Shown: one piece after another, positions 27,125 through 40,480 of the stretch | How the letters are laid out: each line of letters begins with the position of its first letter | Numbering within the stretch: the first letter of the stretch is position 1 | Source of the DNA: Mobula hypostoma | Taxonomy: Eukaryota | Direction of reading: 5' to 3' | NCBI RefSeq assembly: GCF_963921235.1 | Contig: NC_086097.1 | Span: 6,386,001 to 6,450,000, forward strand | Length of the DNA: 64,000 nucleotides | The notes under the pieces: generated by a model | Told to the model about the DNA's origin: nothing | Seen by the model: the letters and a program-made list of their open reading frames with translations, nothing else | The model's database searches: none | Translations under genes and position numbers: made by a program

Positions 27125-29849
27125 GTCTATTCTGAGCTCCATCATTGGAACAGATAACAAGGCACTCAGAGGAAAATCTTGCAAAGCCATTCTCAGAGCC
27201 TTCTTGAAAACTTGCAACATCCCCACTGACTCAGAGGAGTCCTTGTTCCAGGGCGGATTCTTGTCACAGTATGTGGACAGGCCGACTAGGGGGAATGCCA
27301 TACTAGATCTAGTACTAGGTAATGAACCGGGGCAGGTCACAGATCTCTGTGGGTGAGCATCTGGGGGACAGTCCCTGGCCTTTAGCACTATCATGGAAAA
27401 GGACAGAATCAGAGAGGACAGGAAAATTTTTAATTGGGGAAGGGAAAATTATGAGGCTATAAGGCTAGAACTTGCGAGTGTGAATTGGGATGATGTTTTT
27501 CCAGGGAAATGTACTATGGACATATGATTGATGTTTAGAGATCTCTTGCAGGATGTTAGGGATAAATTTGTCCAGGTGAGGAAGATAAAGAATGGTAGGG
27601 TGAAGGAACCATGGGTGACAAGTAAGGTGGAAAATCTAGTCAGGTGGAAGAAGGCAGCATACATGAGGTTTAGGAAGCAAGGATCAGATGGGTCTATTGA
27701 GGAATATAGGGAAGCAAGAAAGGAGCTTAAGAAGGGGCTGAGAAGAGCAAGAAGGGGGCATGAGAAGGCCTTGGTGAGTAGGGTAAAGGAAAACCCCAAG
27801 GCATTCTTCAATTATGTGAAGAAAAAAAGCATGACGGGAGTGAAGGTAGGACCGTTTAGAGGTAAAGGTGGTAATATGTGCCTGGAGGCTGTGGAAGTGA
27901 GCGAGGTCCTCAATGAATACTTCTCTTCGGTATTCACCAATGAGAGGGAACTTGATGATGGTGAGGACAATATGAGTGAGGTTGATGTTCTGGAGCATGT
28001 TGATATTAAGGGAGAGGAGGTGCTGGAGTTGTTAAAATACATTAGGACGGATAAGTCCCTGGGGCCTGATGGAATATTCCCCAGGCTGCTCCACGAGGCG
28101 AGGGAAGAGATTGCTGAGCCTCTGGCTAGGATCTTTATGTCCTTGTTGTCCACGGGAATGGTACCGGAGGATTGGAGAGAGGCGAATGTTGTCCCCTTGT
28201 TCAAAAAAGGTAGTAGGGATAGTCCGGGTAATTATAGATCAGTGAGCCTTGCGTCTGTGGTGGGAAAGCTGTTGGAAAAGATTCTTAGAGATGGAATCTC
28301 TGGGCATTTAGAGAATCATGGTCTGATCAGGGACAGTCAGCATGGCTTTGTGAAGGGCAGATCGTGACTAACAAGGCTGATAGAGTTCTTTGAGGAGGTT
28401 ACCAGGCATATAGATGAGGGTAGTGCAGTGGATGTGATCTATATGGATTTTAGTAAGGCATTTGACAAGGTTCCACATGGTAGGCTTATTCAGAAAGTCA
28501 GAAGGCATGGGATCCAGGGAAGTTTGGCCAGGTGGATTCAGAATTGGCTTGCCTGCAGAAGGCAGCGGGTCGTGGTGGAGGGAGTACATTCAGACTGGAG
28601 GATTTTGACTAGTGGTGTCCCACAAGGATCTGTTCTGGGACCTCTACTTTTCATGATTTTTATTAACGACCTGGAAGTTGGGGTAGAAGGGTGGGTTGGC
28701 AAGTTTGCAGACGACACAAAGGTTGGTGGTGTTGTAGATAGTGTAGGGGATTGTCGAAGATTGCAGAGAGACATTGATAGGATGCAGAAGTGGGCTGAAA
28801 AGTGGCAGATGGAGTTCAACCCAGAGAAGTGTGAGGTGGTACACTTTGGAAGGACAAACTCCAAGGCAGAGTACAAAGTAACTGGCCGGATACTTGGTAG
28901 TGTGGAGGAGCAGAGGGATCTGGGGGTACATGTCCACAGATCCCTGAAAGTTGCCTCACAGGTGGATAGGGTAGTTAAGAAAGCTTATGGGGTGTTAGCT
29001 TTCATAAGTCGAGGGATAGAGTTTAAGAGTCGTGATGTAATGATGCAGCTCTATAAAACTCTGGTTAGGCCACACTTGGAGTACTGTGTCCAGTTCTGGT
29101 CGCCTCACTATAGAAAGGATGTGGAAGCATTGGAAAGGGTACAGAGGAGATTTACCAGGATGCTGCCTGGTTCAGAGATTATGCATTATGATCAGAGATT
29201 AAGGGAGCTACGGCTTTACTCTTTGGAGAGAAGGAGGATGAGAGAAGACATGATAGAGGTATACAAGATAATAAGAGGAATAGATAGAGTGGATAGCCAG
29301 CGCCTCTTCCCCAGGGCACCACTGCTCAATACAAGAGGACATGGCTTTAAGGTAAGGGGTGGGAATTTCAAGGGGGATATTAGAGGAAGGTTTTTTACTC
29401 AGAGTGGTTGGTGTGTGGAATGCACTGCCTGAGTCATTGGTGGAGGCAGATAAACTAGTGAAGTTTAAGAGACTACTAGACAGGTATATGGAGGAATTTA
29501 AGGTGGCGGCTTATATGGGAGGCAGGGTTTGAGGGTCGGCACAACATTGTGGGCCGAAGGGCCTGTACTGTGCTGTACTATTCTATGTTCTATGTTCTAT
29601 GTTCCATAAGGACTCAGATCGGAAATACACACTCCAAAGGGAATCAAGAAGCTCGAGTCTACGAGGCAGAATCCTTGGAAAGCTCACCACAAGCAGTGGA
29701 AGGAATACAACATCATAATCCCATCAAGCATCCAGGGTGGAAACTATAGGTTCTAATCTGATTATGTCAGTCACCTCAAAACCCACAGAACAGGAGTGCA
29801 AGAAAATCAGCCATAATCCCAATGGACAGAAGAAGAAAAAGAAGAAGAA
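27125..29849 (+). mobile_element. RTE/BovB-like 3' remnant split by the CR1 insertion
   Basis: GKSCKAILRAFLKTCNIPTDS resembles the RTE C-terminus; resumes at 29607 and ends in a (GAA)n tail at 29828-29849. Confidence 0.55.
27251..29599 (+). mobile_element. Young 5'-truncated CR1 LINE (end of endonuclease plus RT)
   Basis: QYVDRPTRGNAILDLVL (APE end). ORFs 27528-28367 and 28428-29432 are in the same frame, separated by one TGA; KFADDTK; (ttctatg)n tail; flanking tgttcca at 27244-27250 and 29600-29606. Confidence 0.97.
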
Positions 29850-30292
29850 TTAACTTTATTCATAATAAAAAACATATTTACAGGAATAAACCATTCAATA
29901 CTTTTTCATCCTTTACATTCGTAGTCAATTCATATTTCATTCCTACACATCAATATCACTGCTGACAATCAATTGTCTCTCTGGGGTGGTATACTGCTAA
30001 AGTAACCACTGATCTTCACCCGGTCCGGCCCCTCCCTCACTGTTAGGGCATATTCTAGAATGAGGGTATGGAGCATACACTAACTTCAGCAACCAATCTT
30101 TAGACCTGGACCTGGATTCTTGATTAAATTTAAAATCTATTCAGAGGAATATATTTTTCCTGGAGCTGTGGACAGCAGTTAATTGAACAACCAGAAAATG
30201 GTGATTAGCATTTATTTTGGATGTCTGGAGAATGAAGAAGGAAGTGTGAAAGTTACGTGTAATTTGAAAGGAGCTTTGTAGATACACTGTAC

Positions 30293-30464
30293 TGTAGAAT
30301 TGTCCTTTGACCTTTAGCATCTAAAATGCCATGTAATATTGGGTTGAACAAGCCTCTTCCTCCGAAAGGGTCTCATTATGATACCTGCTGCTCGCTTTTG
30401 TTGAATAAAACACTTCTATCTCCACTATCTTCAGTGTCTCTCTGGTGACCTTGTCCATATTACA
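30293..30464 (+). mobile_element. Short solo-LTR-like repeat
   Basis: TGTA...TACA ends, AATAAA at ~30404, related to 4067-4241. Confidence 0.45.
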
Positions 30465-30809
30465 ATACACAGCCTGAGGAAAAGGACCCTACACTGTGGT
30501 CCTACCCACTGAGCTCTGGTAGTGGCTGAACCTTGCCTCAGTGTGTCTCTCAGCACGTACTCCTGCAGCCCGGAATGTGCCTGAGAGTTTAGCTTCATTT
30601 GTATATGGAGACCCCTACAGCATAGAAACAGGCCTTTAGAGCAACCAAGTACTTTTCCAACATCAAACACCCCTTTGACATTAATCCTATTTATCCTATT
30701 TTGACTTTCAAGACAATTCTCCCTAGATTCCCTCACTCTCATGCACACTAGGGATAATTTTCAATGGCCAATTTGATTGCACTTAGAGTATTGTCATTAG
30801 TTTTGCACC

Positions 30810-31310
30810 TGTTATCTAAGAAAAGATGTGTTGGCATTGGAGAGGTTCTATAACCTGTTCACAAGAATGATTCTGGGAATGAAAGGATTAATATACAAGG
30901 AGCATTTGAAGCCCTGTACTCACTGGAGTTGAGAAGAACGAGGGGTATTCTCCTTGAAATCTATCGGGATATTGAAATGCCTAGATAGAGTAGATGTGGA
31001 GAGGATGTTTCTTATAGAGGGGGAGTCAGGAACCAGAGGACACAGCCTCAGAATAGAGAAATGTCTATTTAGAACATAAATGAGGAGTAATTTCTTTAGA
31101 CAGAGATTAGTGAATCTGTGAAATTCATTGCCACAGGTGGCTGTGGAGCTCAAATCATTGAGTCTGTTAAAAGCAAAGCTTGATAGGTTTGTGATTAGAC
31201 AGGGTTTCAAAGGTTATAGGGAGAAGTCCAGAGAACAGGATTGAGAGGAATAATAAATCAGCTACAATTGAATGGTGGAGCAGACTCAATGGGCCAAATG
31301 GCTCTGGGCC
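30810..31310 (+). mobile_element. CR1 3' fragment
   Basis: ctgtactcactggagtt.agaagaa.gagggg; accagaggacacagcctcagaat; gtgaatctgtg motifs. Confidence 0.88.
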
Positions 31311-31719
31311 TGTACTCCAGTGATTTTAGGCCCACAGCCATCAAACTCTCCTCGTATGGTCACCCTTTTATTCCCAGAAACGCTCAACTCCGCTGGATCA
31401 ATTGATTAACTGGCCATTGTAAACTGTCCTTAGTGTAATTTCATGGTCTATAGTTAGTCCTTAGTTTCATGGTCTATGACCAGCATGTGTTTGGATAGCA
31501 GACTATCATCAGGTAAAAGTGCAAATTCTGTACATGCAGCACTATAGACCAGAACAAAACCCAGGTCTGTGAGGCTGTGAGCAAACATCACTATCTGCTC
31601 TACCGCTCTACCAGATCTCTTCAAATCTACAACTACCTTCCTCAGTTTGAATCGCTCTTCAAAAGTTATTTCCATTTTGGGCACACTTTGAGTTCACTCT
31701 GCCCCAGCATGATGCGGCA

Positions 31720-32720
31720 ATCAGAATCTAAATCAGGTTTCATATCACTGGTATGTTGCAAAATTTCTAGTTCTGTGAGAACAGAATATTGCAATACATA
31801 ACAATAAAAAAACAATAAATTACAATAAGAAATACATTTTTAAAAAATACTTAAATAACTAGTACAAAGAAAATAAGGTAGTGTACCTGGGTCTACTGTC
31901 CATTCAGAAATCTGATGGTGGAGAGGAAGAGCTATTACTGAATTGTTGAGTGTGTATCTTCAGAATCAGAATCAGGTTTATTATCACCAGCATGTGACAT
32001 AAAATTTGTTAACTTAGCAGCAGCAGCAGTTCAATGCAATACATAATCTAGAAGAGAATAAAAAACAATAGATATAATAATAAATAAACAAGAAAATCAA
32101 TTGCAGTGTACATATATTGAATAGATTAAGAAAAACCATGCACAAAACAGAAATACTGTATATATTTTTTTAAAGTGAGGTAGTGTCCAAGGATTCAATG
32201 TCTATCCAGGAATCAGATGGCAGAGGGGAAGAAGCTGTTCCTGAATCGCTGAGTGTGTGCCCCCAGTCCTCTGCACCTCCTACGTGATGGCAACAGTGAG
32301 AAAAGGGCATGCCCTGGGTGCTGGGGGTCCTTAATAATGGATGTTCTCCTTCTGAGACAACGCTCCCTGAAGACATCCCAGGCATCCTCCAGGCCAGTAC
32401 CCAAGATGGAGCTGACCAGATTTACAACACTCTGCAGCTTCTTTTGGTCCTGTGCAGTAGATCCCCCTGCCCCCAACCAGACAGCGACATAGCCTGTCGG
32501 AATCCTCTCCACAGTACAACGACAGAAGTTTTTGAGTGTATTTGTTGACATGTCAAATCTCCCCAACCCCTAATGAAGCACAGCCACTGTCCTGCCTTCT
32601 TTATGACTGCATCGATATGTTAGGACCAGGTTAGATCCTCAGAGATCTTGACACCCAGAAATTTGAATCTGCTCAGTCTCTCCACTTCTGCTCAGTCTCT
32701 CCTCTATTGAGGAGGATTGG
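31720..32720 (-). mobile_element. Rex1/Babar LINE 3' fragments (two adjacent tails)
   Basis: ORF 32213-32566: TLKNFCRCTVE..W..KKLQSVV..IIKDPQHPGHALFSLLPS.RR..RFRNSFFPSAI; (ATTCTG)n tails. Confidence 0.92.
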
Positions 32721-34039
32721 TATGTCAGAATTGGACACGATTCAAGGCGGCAGAACTGAGGCGAGACAGGGTCAGGGCAGCAGGACCTTGGCCCAAGAGA
32801 GAGGAACAAGCTGATATTTGACTGATTTAAGCTTCGAGCTGGATTGAAAAGGCCAGGGTATTGGTTTTTGGTCTCTGTGCTGTACTAAGGCTGTGGCCTG
32901 CAACTAATGGGCTCCTGGATTGGATGTGACTGGCTTCATGGCTGGGGACTCACTTTTGTGAACTTCAGTTCTGAAAGCTACTTGCTTACTTTTATAGTTT
33001 GTATGTTTTGTTTTGTTTTGTTGCACATTCGGTGTTTGATGGTCTTTTTTCATGAGTTCTATTGGATTTCTTTGTTTTGTAGCTGACTGTTAGAAGATGA
33101 ATCTAAAGGGTGTATGTAGTATGCATACTTTGATAATAAGTGTACGTTGAACTTTGGAGAAGTCCTAGATGCTGGGACGGCTCGTGCCCTTGATGGAACT
33201 TTCAACTTTCTGTGTTTTTTTTCCAATCTTGTGCAGTCGTCCCCTCCATATCTCCATGATGCAACCAGTTGGAATGTTCTCCATTCTTTATCTGTTGAAA
33301 ATTGTGAGGGTTTTTGGTGTCATACCAAGTCTTCTCAAACTCCGAATGAAATGTAGCCGCTGTCATGGCATCTTTGTAATTGCATCAATATCTCAATATG
33401 TTTGGCCCAGGATAGATCTTCAGGGATCGACAGAGAAGATTGGAAACAAAAAAAAAACTACAGGCACATGCTTCACTTCAAATTTCAGAGAATGCAGTGG
33501 CCTTGACATAAATCTCAGTATGATTTCCTAGATACCCATGAAAGATCCTTTGAAATGGAATGGAAAGTTTTTCCATATTGATACCTCGATCATTCTCACT
33601 GAATTAATTATCTGGTCATTATCATATTTCCTTTTGCGGGAGCACGCCATGTGCAGATTGGCTTATGTCCTTCCTTCTCACAGTGACTGCACTTCAAATG
33701 AATTTCACTGGCTGTGAAGTAACAATGGTTGTTCTGAAATGCATGCGAAAAATGCAAATCTTTCTTCTCCCAAAAACACAAGGGAAATTTTTCATAATTA
33801 CTTCAGCATTCATGCAGGAATCTGTGTGCCCGAGGCCAGTTATCCTATAGCTTATTTTGTTCATTAGTAAGTACACGAAACAAAGAGAAGTAGAACATAG
33901 CTATAGAATAATGTGAAGTTAGAGTAATTTTTTATTGATTATATACACATTATAATTTCGCAAATGATTGCTTTTGCACTGTAATGCTACCGTAAAATCA
34001 GAGGCCAGTAAATCAAAAGACATCTGTCCATCACTTTGC

Positions 34040-34439
34040 TGTAGAAGCTTCCTGTGTGAAAAGTCCATCATGGGCACCAGCCACCACTCCCCAGCATCGT
34101 GGAAGTCTTCAAAAGGTAATGCCTCAAAAGGACGACATCCATCATGATGGGTTTCCATCACCCAGGCCATACTGTCTTTTCATTGCCACCATCAAAATGG
34201 AAGTACAGGAGCCTAAAGAAACACACTCAATGTTTCAGGAACAGCTTCATCCACCCCACCACTAGATTTCTGAATACACAATGGACCCATGAACAATTTT
34301 TCTACCTCTCTTTTCACTATTTACTTAATTTTGTATATACTATGTACATATTTCTTATTGCAATTAATATATTTTTAAACATTGCATTGCACTGTATTGC
34401 TGCAACAAATTTCACAGCATATGTCATATGTTAGTGATA
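34040..34439 (+). mobile_element. Rex1/Babar 3' fragment
   Basis: HPGHTVFSLPPS..YRSLK..FRNSF peptide; its tail continues at ~35073 (aacctgattctgattct) after a nested insertion. Confidence 0.85.
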
Positions 34440-35070
34440 TTAGATTATGAAGACACGCAGTCCTCTTTTATTGTCATTTAGTAATGCATGCATTAAGAAA
34501 TGATACATTATTTCCTCCAGTCTGATATCACAAAACACAGGACACACCAAGACTGAAAAACTAACAAAACCACATAATTATAACATATAGTTACAACAGT
34601 GCAACAATACCATAACTTGATGAAGAAGTCCATGAGCACAGTAAAAAGTTCAAAATCTCTCAAATATCCCACATCTCACGCAGACGGGAGAAGGAAGAAA
34701 AACTCTCCCTGCCATACCCGACCACGGTCTGACTCCGAGTCATCGGAAAGCTTTGAGCTCTGATCAGCTCTCCGACACCGAGTACTGAGCGCCATCTCTG
34801 TCCGGGCGATTCGACCTCCTTCTCGGTCGCCAACAGCAGGCAAAGCCGGGGATTTTGAGGCCTTCCCTCCGAAAGATTCCCGACTGCGCAGTAATGACAG
34901 CAGCAAACGAGCGTTTCAGAAATTTCTCCAGATGTTCCTCTGTGCTTTCACGTCCATCTCCATCAAATCGGAATTGTCCATGGTCTCTATTTAATGGATA
35001 CAATAACATTTTTCACCGGAGGGCTGCGCACGCGCGGCGCACTGCTTCTCTCTCCTCCCGCCGATTCCGA
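34440..35070 (-). mobile_element. Young SINE-like element, copy 2 (apparently full length)
   Basis: CpG-rich head (gggaggagagagaagcagtgcgccgcgcgtgcgcagc on the minus strand); inserted into the Rex1 tail. Confidence 0.85.
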
Positions 35071-36184
35071 TGGAACCTGATTCTGATTCTTGCTTTTTCT
35101 TTCTTGAAAATGGATGAATTCTTCTTTTGTTAACCTATCCCCATCTTCAAAAGATTCTTAACTCTATTTCTTTATTGCTCTCCTTGTATATTTTATTATT
35201 TGTAAAACATAAAACTAATTAAAAGAAAAACACAGGAGCCAAGGATAACTGTTGTATGTTTAGTTTTACTTTTAGTAAGATGCTCACATATGATCTGGTG
35301 GAGTAATCACGTATGCTATTTACATACTTTTACATATAACCCATAATAAATTATGTAAGCTACAAAGAATCCTTGATCAAACAAAATATTTGCAATATTA
35401 CTTAAATATTACTGAAATATTAAATACATGGCAGTGTATACAATATATATGGTCCAAGGGCAATCCTTTACTAATATTCAATGTTTATATCAATATGGCA
35501 TCTTCATTAATATTTTCTACCAAATGCAGTACCATGAAATAGAGCCAATGTTCTTTAATTTTTGTAGACGAGTGTGTTTTCTGTTCTGTGTTGGACATAT
35601 TGCAGTTATAAAATATTAATGGGGAAGGGACCAATAGAAATCATCTCCTCTGCTTTCCTATGGCATTAACAGTGAACAGAAAGCAAATCCTAATAACTAT
35701 TACATTTCCTAATCCACTGGACTTCATTAATTATATCCTGTTCCCCAAATGTGCACCGGTGAAGAATATAAACATCATTATTAGCAGGGTGAGCTTGCAT
35801 TCTGCTGTGTTAACACAGTTTGTAATACTGATGTGGTTTCATTTACCCCAACAGAGCTTTCATCTCTTTTACTAACACCAATTGCCTCCACAGGTATTTT
35901 ATGGAAGGAGAATTTTAATAGTGCATGGTTATTAAGTAGTGCAGGGAGTATTCAAAGCAAGTATCCTGCTATTACGGTGGAGAACAGCTACAATAATTAT
36001 GAGAGTATAAGGGAAATGAAGAGGAAGCAGGATTGCAAGACCCTGTTGGACATTAGTAATTGGAATTCTGCAAGTCCGGTTTACATGTTCATTGGTGAGA
36101 CTGACAGCAGCGATACTAAATGGCCTCGGTTGAGAGTGAACCAGGCTCTCGTGCTGCATTGTCGCCTGTTGCAGCCTTCCAGGG

Positions 36185-36582
36185 GAGGAGATGTTGGAGG
36201 CAGTGGGGCATAATGGGGGTACGAGCCATGTTGGCGGCTGGCGCCTCCCATTGGTGCTGCTCTCCAGTGTTCGCTCGGCGGAAGACAAGCTGGATTGCTG
36301 CTGTATTACTGCATGATGATCGAGCTGCTGAGGGTTTGTTCTTGCTGACAACTCCCTTGCATTTTCAATCTACAGCATCACACTCAGGGACTTGGCCTAT
36401 ATTGTGAATTTTCTTTCGTTGTCTGTATGTTTACTACTATCTTGCATGTGCTATCTGTGCATTTTGCTGTGTATAACTGTCGGTACTGTGTTTTGCACCT
36501 TGGCCCCAGAGTAATGCTGTTTCATTCCGTTGTATTCATGGTCATTCAAGTATGTGTGAATGACTATTAAACTTGAACTTGA
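36185..36582 (+). mobile_element. SINE-like element with (CTTGAA)n tail
   Basis: cccattggtgctgc.ctccagtgtt..ggaagacaag is also at 59370-59412; the tail resembles 19790-19872 and 62210-62322. Confidence 0.55.
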
Positions 36583-36961
36583 CCATAGAGCTCTCCAGTG
36601 TACCTGTAGCTGCCGACCTATGTGCTAAAATGGCCCAGTCATCTCCATTGCCCCTGTAGTCCTCAACCATTTTGAGATTCAGGCTGATCAAGGACCTGTG
36701 ATTTTGGTGTGCAGTTGCAGACTGGATTTAGCCGAGTCCTGTGATGAGTAAACGCAGCCTCGCTGATTAATTCTTCAAAGTATTGATGGCAAGGATTGAG
36801 ACTGGAAGGACCAAACACAGCAATGTGATGCTACATTGAATTTAACTGATGTTAAATTCCTGAATCCTACGAGTGAGTAGTAAGAGTGATGGGTTTCCAC
36901 AAAGGCTCTGATTTCTACAGACAATGGAAAAAAACGTGCTGTTTAATGACATTCTCAATAT

Positions 36962-37480
36962 AAAACCATAAAACATAAGAGCAGAATTAGGTCATTCAAT
37001 CTATCAAGCCGCTTTACCTTAGATCTTGGCTGATCTTTTGCATTTTGTTGTTTGATTGTTTGTGGTTTCTGTATTGCTATATTTACGCTCTATTCTTGGT
37101 TGGTGCAGCTGTAACGAAACCCAATTTCCCTCGGGATCAATAAAGTATATCTATCTATCTACCTATTTATTAGCCCTCTCCACCTCATTCTCCTGCCTTC
37201 TCCCCACAACCTTTGACACACTGAATCTATCAACCTCAGCTATGATGTAGCCTCCACAGCCACCAGTGGTAACGAATTCCACAGATTTCCCAACCTCTGG
37301 CTAAAGAAATTCCTTCTCATCTTTGTTCTAAATGGACATCTTTCTAATCTAAGTTTGTGCTCTCTTGTCCTAGACTCATGCATCATAGAAAACATCCTCT
37401 CCACATTTACTCTACCTAGGCCTTTCAATATCTGATAGGTTTCACTGAGATCCTCCCTCATTCTTCTAAACCCCAGACAC
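36962..37480 (-). mobile_element. CR1 3' fragment with a nested LINE tail (~37037-37160)
   Basis: ORF 37240-37494 FRRMREDL.ETY..RNFFSQR.GNLWNSLP; nested piece ends gggatcaataaagta(tcta)n. Confidence 0.85.
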
Positions 37481-38074
37481 CTGATACTGGTCAAACATCT
37501 CTTTTCTTAAGGTAAGTTTCAGGTTGAAGTGTCCCAGACAAATTCTAAGGGGTGCTAATTGATTTGAAAACGAAATCAGTTCAATGTAAAGCCAGGATAA
37601 ATGATAGCATGCTTGATTTTTGCTCAGAAAATGTGAGCAGATGGTCAGAATTTTAGCAGAAAAGGCAAAATATAAGCTCAAGACAAACAGGAGTAACTTC
37701 GGGGGGAAAAAAAAGATTTAGTTAATCAGGTGCTGTTTTCACAAACCATCTCTTCTAAACCAACCTTCAGATGCTTACTGCATTCTAAATCTCTACTTAT
37801 CCATGAGTTTGATCTACAATTTTCCTGATGCATCCTGGGACATTATGTTCTGTTGATGAGATATGTAAATACAATAAACTTTTTGCAGGGGAGACATTCT
37901 AGAAAGTTTTGCAAAATCCAAAAATCTTAGGTATCCTTTTAAATTAAGTATGGAAGCCAAAACAATGGTTAATTGTACTGATTTATTAATGTCACCTGTA
38001 TCAATATACAGAAGAAAAACTTGTCTTACATTTTGCTTTAACAGATCAGATCATTGCACTATGCATTGAGGGTC

Positions 38075-38440
38075 ATTCATTATGCACTGTGTCATATGAC
38101 ATGGGTGACAATGGTCTTTCCGTGACTTTGATTGTTCTTGGCAATTTTTTCTACAGAAGAGATTTGTCATTGCCTTCTTCTGGGCAGTGATTTTACAAGA
38201 TAGGTGACCCCAGCCAGTATCAATACTCTTCAGAGATTGTCTGCCTGGTGTCAGTGGTTGCATAGCCAGGACTTGTGATGTGCACCAGCTGCTCAAACAA
38301 CCATCCACCACCTGCTCCTATAGCTTCACATGATCCTGATTTGTCTAAGCAGGTGCTACACCTTGTCCATGGGTGACCTGCAGGCTAAGAGAGGGAAAGA
38401 AGTCTTACATCTCCTTTGGTAGAGACAATTCTCCACCCCA
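38075..38440 (-). mobile_element. RTE-tailed SINE (copy 2)
   Basis: tgccttcttctggg..cagagattgtctgcctg..ccaggacttgtgat..ggtgacctgcaggcta..cctttggtagagac is shared with 10370-10690. Confidence 0.75.
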
Positions 38441-38489
38441 CAACCACAATGAGGTGGAACTAGGTAAATCAATAACAATGCAGAATAAA

Positions 38490-39060
38490 CTTCTAGAGAT
38501 GTATGGTGGAAAGTATATTGACTGGTTGCATCATGGTCTGGTATGGAAACACCAAAGCCCTTGAATGGAAATGTGAACAAAAAGTAGTGGAAACAGCCCA
38601 GTGAATTATGGGTATAGCCCTCCCCACCATTGAGCACATCCAGACGGAGCAATGTTGCAGGAGAACAGAAAGCAGCGGCAAGGACCCCCAGCACTCAGAC
38701 CGTGCTGCTTCTCACCACTGCATTTAGAAAAAGATACAAGAGTCTCAGGACGCACACCACCAGGTTTAGGAATAGCTGTTAGCCCTCAACAATCAGGCTT
38801 TTGAACCAAAGGGAATAACTTCACTCACCCTATCACTAAACTGTTCACACATGGAATCACTTTCAAGTACTCTTCATCTCATGTTCTCGACATTTACAGG
38901 TTTTTCTTTGTTCTTTTGTATTTGTACTATTCATTTTTTGCACACTGGTTGTTTGTCCATTCTGTTAGGTGCAGTCTTTCATTGATCCTATTGTGTTTCT
39001 TGGATTTTACTGTGTATTCCCACAAGAAAATGAAACTCAGAGTTATATATAGTGACATAT
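38490..39060 (+). mobile_element. Rex1/Babar 3' fragment
   Basis: ctggttgcatcatggtctggtatgg..caccaccaggtttaggaatagc motifs. Confidence 0.75.
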
Positions 39061-39061
39061 A

Positions 39062-39493
39062 TAGAGCCATAGAACCATAGAACATTACAGCACAGAAACA
39101 GGCCTTTTGGTCGTTCTTGGCTGTGCCAAACCATTTCTCTGCCTAGTCCAACTGACCTGCACCTGGACCATATCCCTCCATACACCTCTCATCCATGTAC
39201 CTGTCCAAGTTTTTCTTAAATGTTAAAAGTGAGCCCGCGTTTACCACTTCATCTGGCAGCTCATTCCACACTCCCACCACTCTCTGTGTGAAGAAGCCCC
39301 CCCACTAATGTTCCCTTTAAATTTTTCCCCCCTCACCCTTAACTCATGTCTTCTGGTTTTTTTCTCCCCTTGCCTCAGTGGAAAAAGCCTGCTTGCATTC
39401 ACACTATCTATACCCATCACCATTTTATATACCTCTATCAAATCTCCCCTCATTCTTCCACACTCCAGGGAATAAAGTGCTAACCTATTCAAC
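39062..39493 (-). mobile_element. CR1 3' end (subfamily of 20575-22266)
   Basis: ORF 39241-39492 RMRGDLIEVYK..VNASRLFPLRQGEKK. Confidence 0.93.
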
Positions 39494-39704
39494 TTTTTTC
39501 TGTGCTTGATAACAAATTTACTTTGAAATTTGAACTAAACTAATCCCTTCTGCCTACACAATATGCAGGTCCTTTCATTTTCCTCACATTCACATGCCTA
39601 TCTGAATGTCTCGTAAAAGTCTCTAACGTCTCTGCCTCTACCAGCACCCCAGCCTCACATTCCAGACACCCACCCCTATCAGCATAAAAAAAAATTGCCT
39701 TGTC

Positions 39705-40005
39705 TTTCTTCCCAGACCTCCTGTCCCATGATCCTCTCATATCCCTTTTGCCAATCACCTGTCCAGCTCTTGGCTCCATCCCTCCCCCTCATGTCTTCTC
39801 CTATCATTTTGGATCTCCCCCTCCCCCTCCAACTTTCAAATCTCTTACTCACTCTTCCTTCAGTTAGTCCTGACGAAGGGTCTCGGCCTGAAACGTCGAC
39901 TGCACCTCTTCCTAGAGATGCTGCCTGGCCTGCTGCGTTCACCAGCAACTTTGATGTGTGTTGCTTGAATTTCCAGCATCTGCAGAATTCCTGTTTTTCG
40001 CGTTT
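39705..40005 (+). mobile_element. Solo Penelope-like terminal repeat (pLTR)
   Basis: Near-identical to 43845-44097, which lies downstream of the GIY-YIG ORF. Confidence 0.92.
39866..39901 (+). ncRNA. Minimal type I hammerhead ribozyme motif
   Basis: AGTC CTGACGA A GGGTCTCGGCCT GAAA CGTC GACT: both core boxes, stem I AGUC/GACU, GUC triplet; predicted cut after 39897. Confidence 0.8.
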
Positions 40006-40038
40006 AATATACATCTACTGGTAATGTGGAGTAAATGG

Positions 40039-40480
40039 GGTGTCCAGTGAGGGGTAACACCTCTGGTAAAGGGCTTGTCTTGTCTGTTCTGGGGCAGCTC
40101 ACTCACCTTTTGTCCCAACCAGACACTCAGCTCTCATCTGTGGTTCCAAGTAGGTGTTTGCACGTGACGGTGACCACACCCCAGTACACCACTTTAACAG
40201 GTGAATTAAACCAGGTGAGGGTAGCCAGCAGCCTCATACCCCAGTGAATTGGGGAAATAGCTCTCACAGCATGACAAGCTGGTGGAAAGGGCAGATGAGA
40301 TCTACAGTGAGAGCTAGTGACCAGCAAGGCTCTGTGCAGAGCAAAGTGCGTGACAAGGCACAGAAGACATCATGGTCATCCACTGCAACCAAGGAAGACC
40401 CCTGTTTGTGGCTCCTGTTCATACTTCTGGACCAGGACTTCTGAGGGCAAGAGAGTGGAACTACCCCAGTGCAATGGCTG
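40039..40480 (+). mobile_element. Probable RTE-related SINE/5'UTR remnant
   Basis: taaaccaggtgagggtagcc..cctcataccccagtga resembles RTE-type 5' UTR motifs (recalled, not aligned). Confidence 0.35.

Noticed and set aside
35833..36213. 126-aa ORF in unique-looking sequence
   Set aside because: No recognisable motif, and it runs into a SINE-like repeat.
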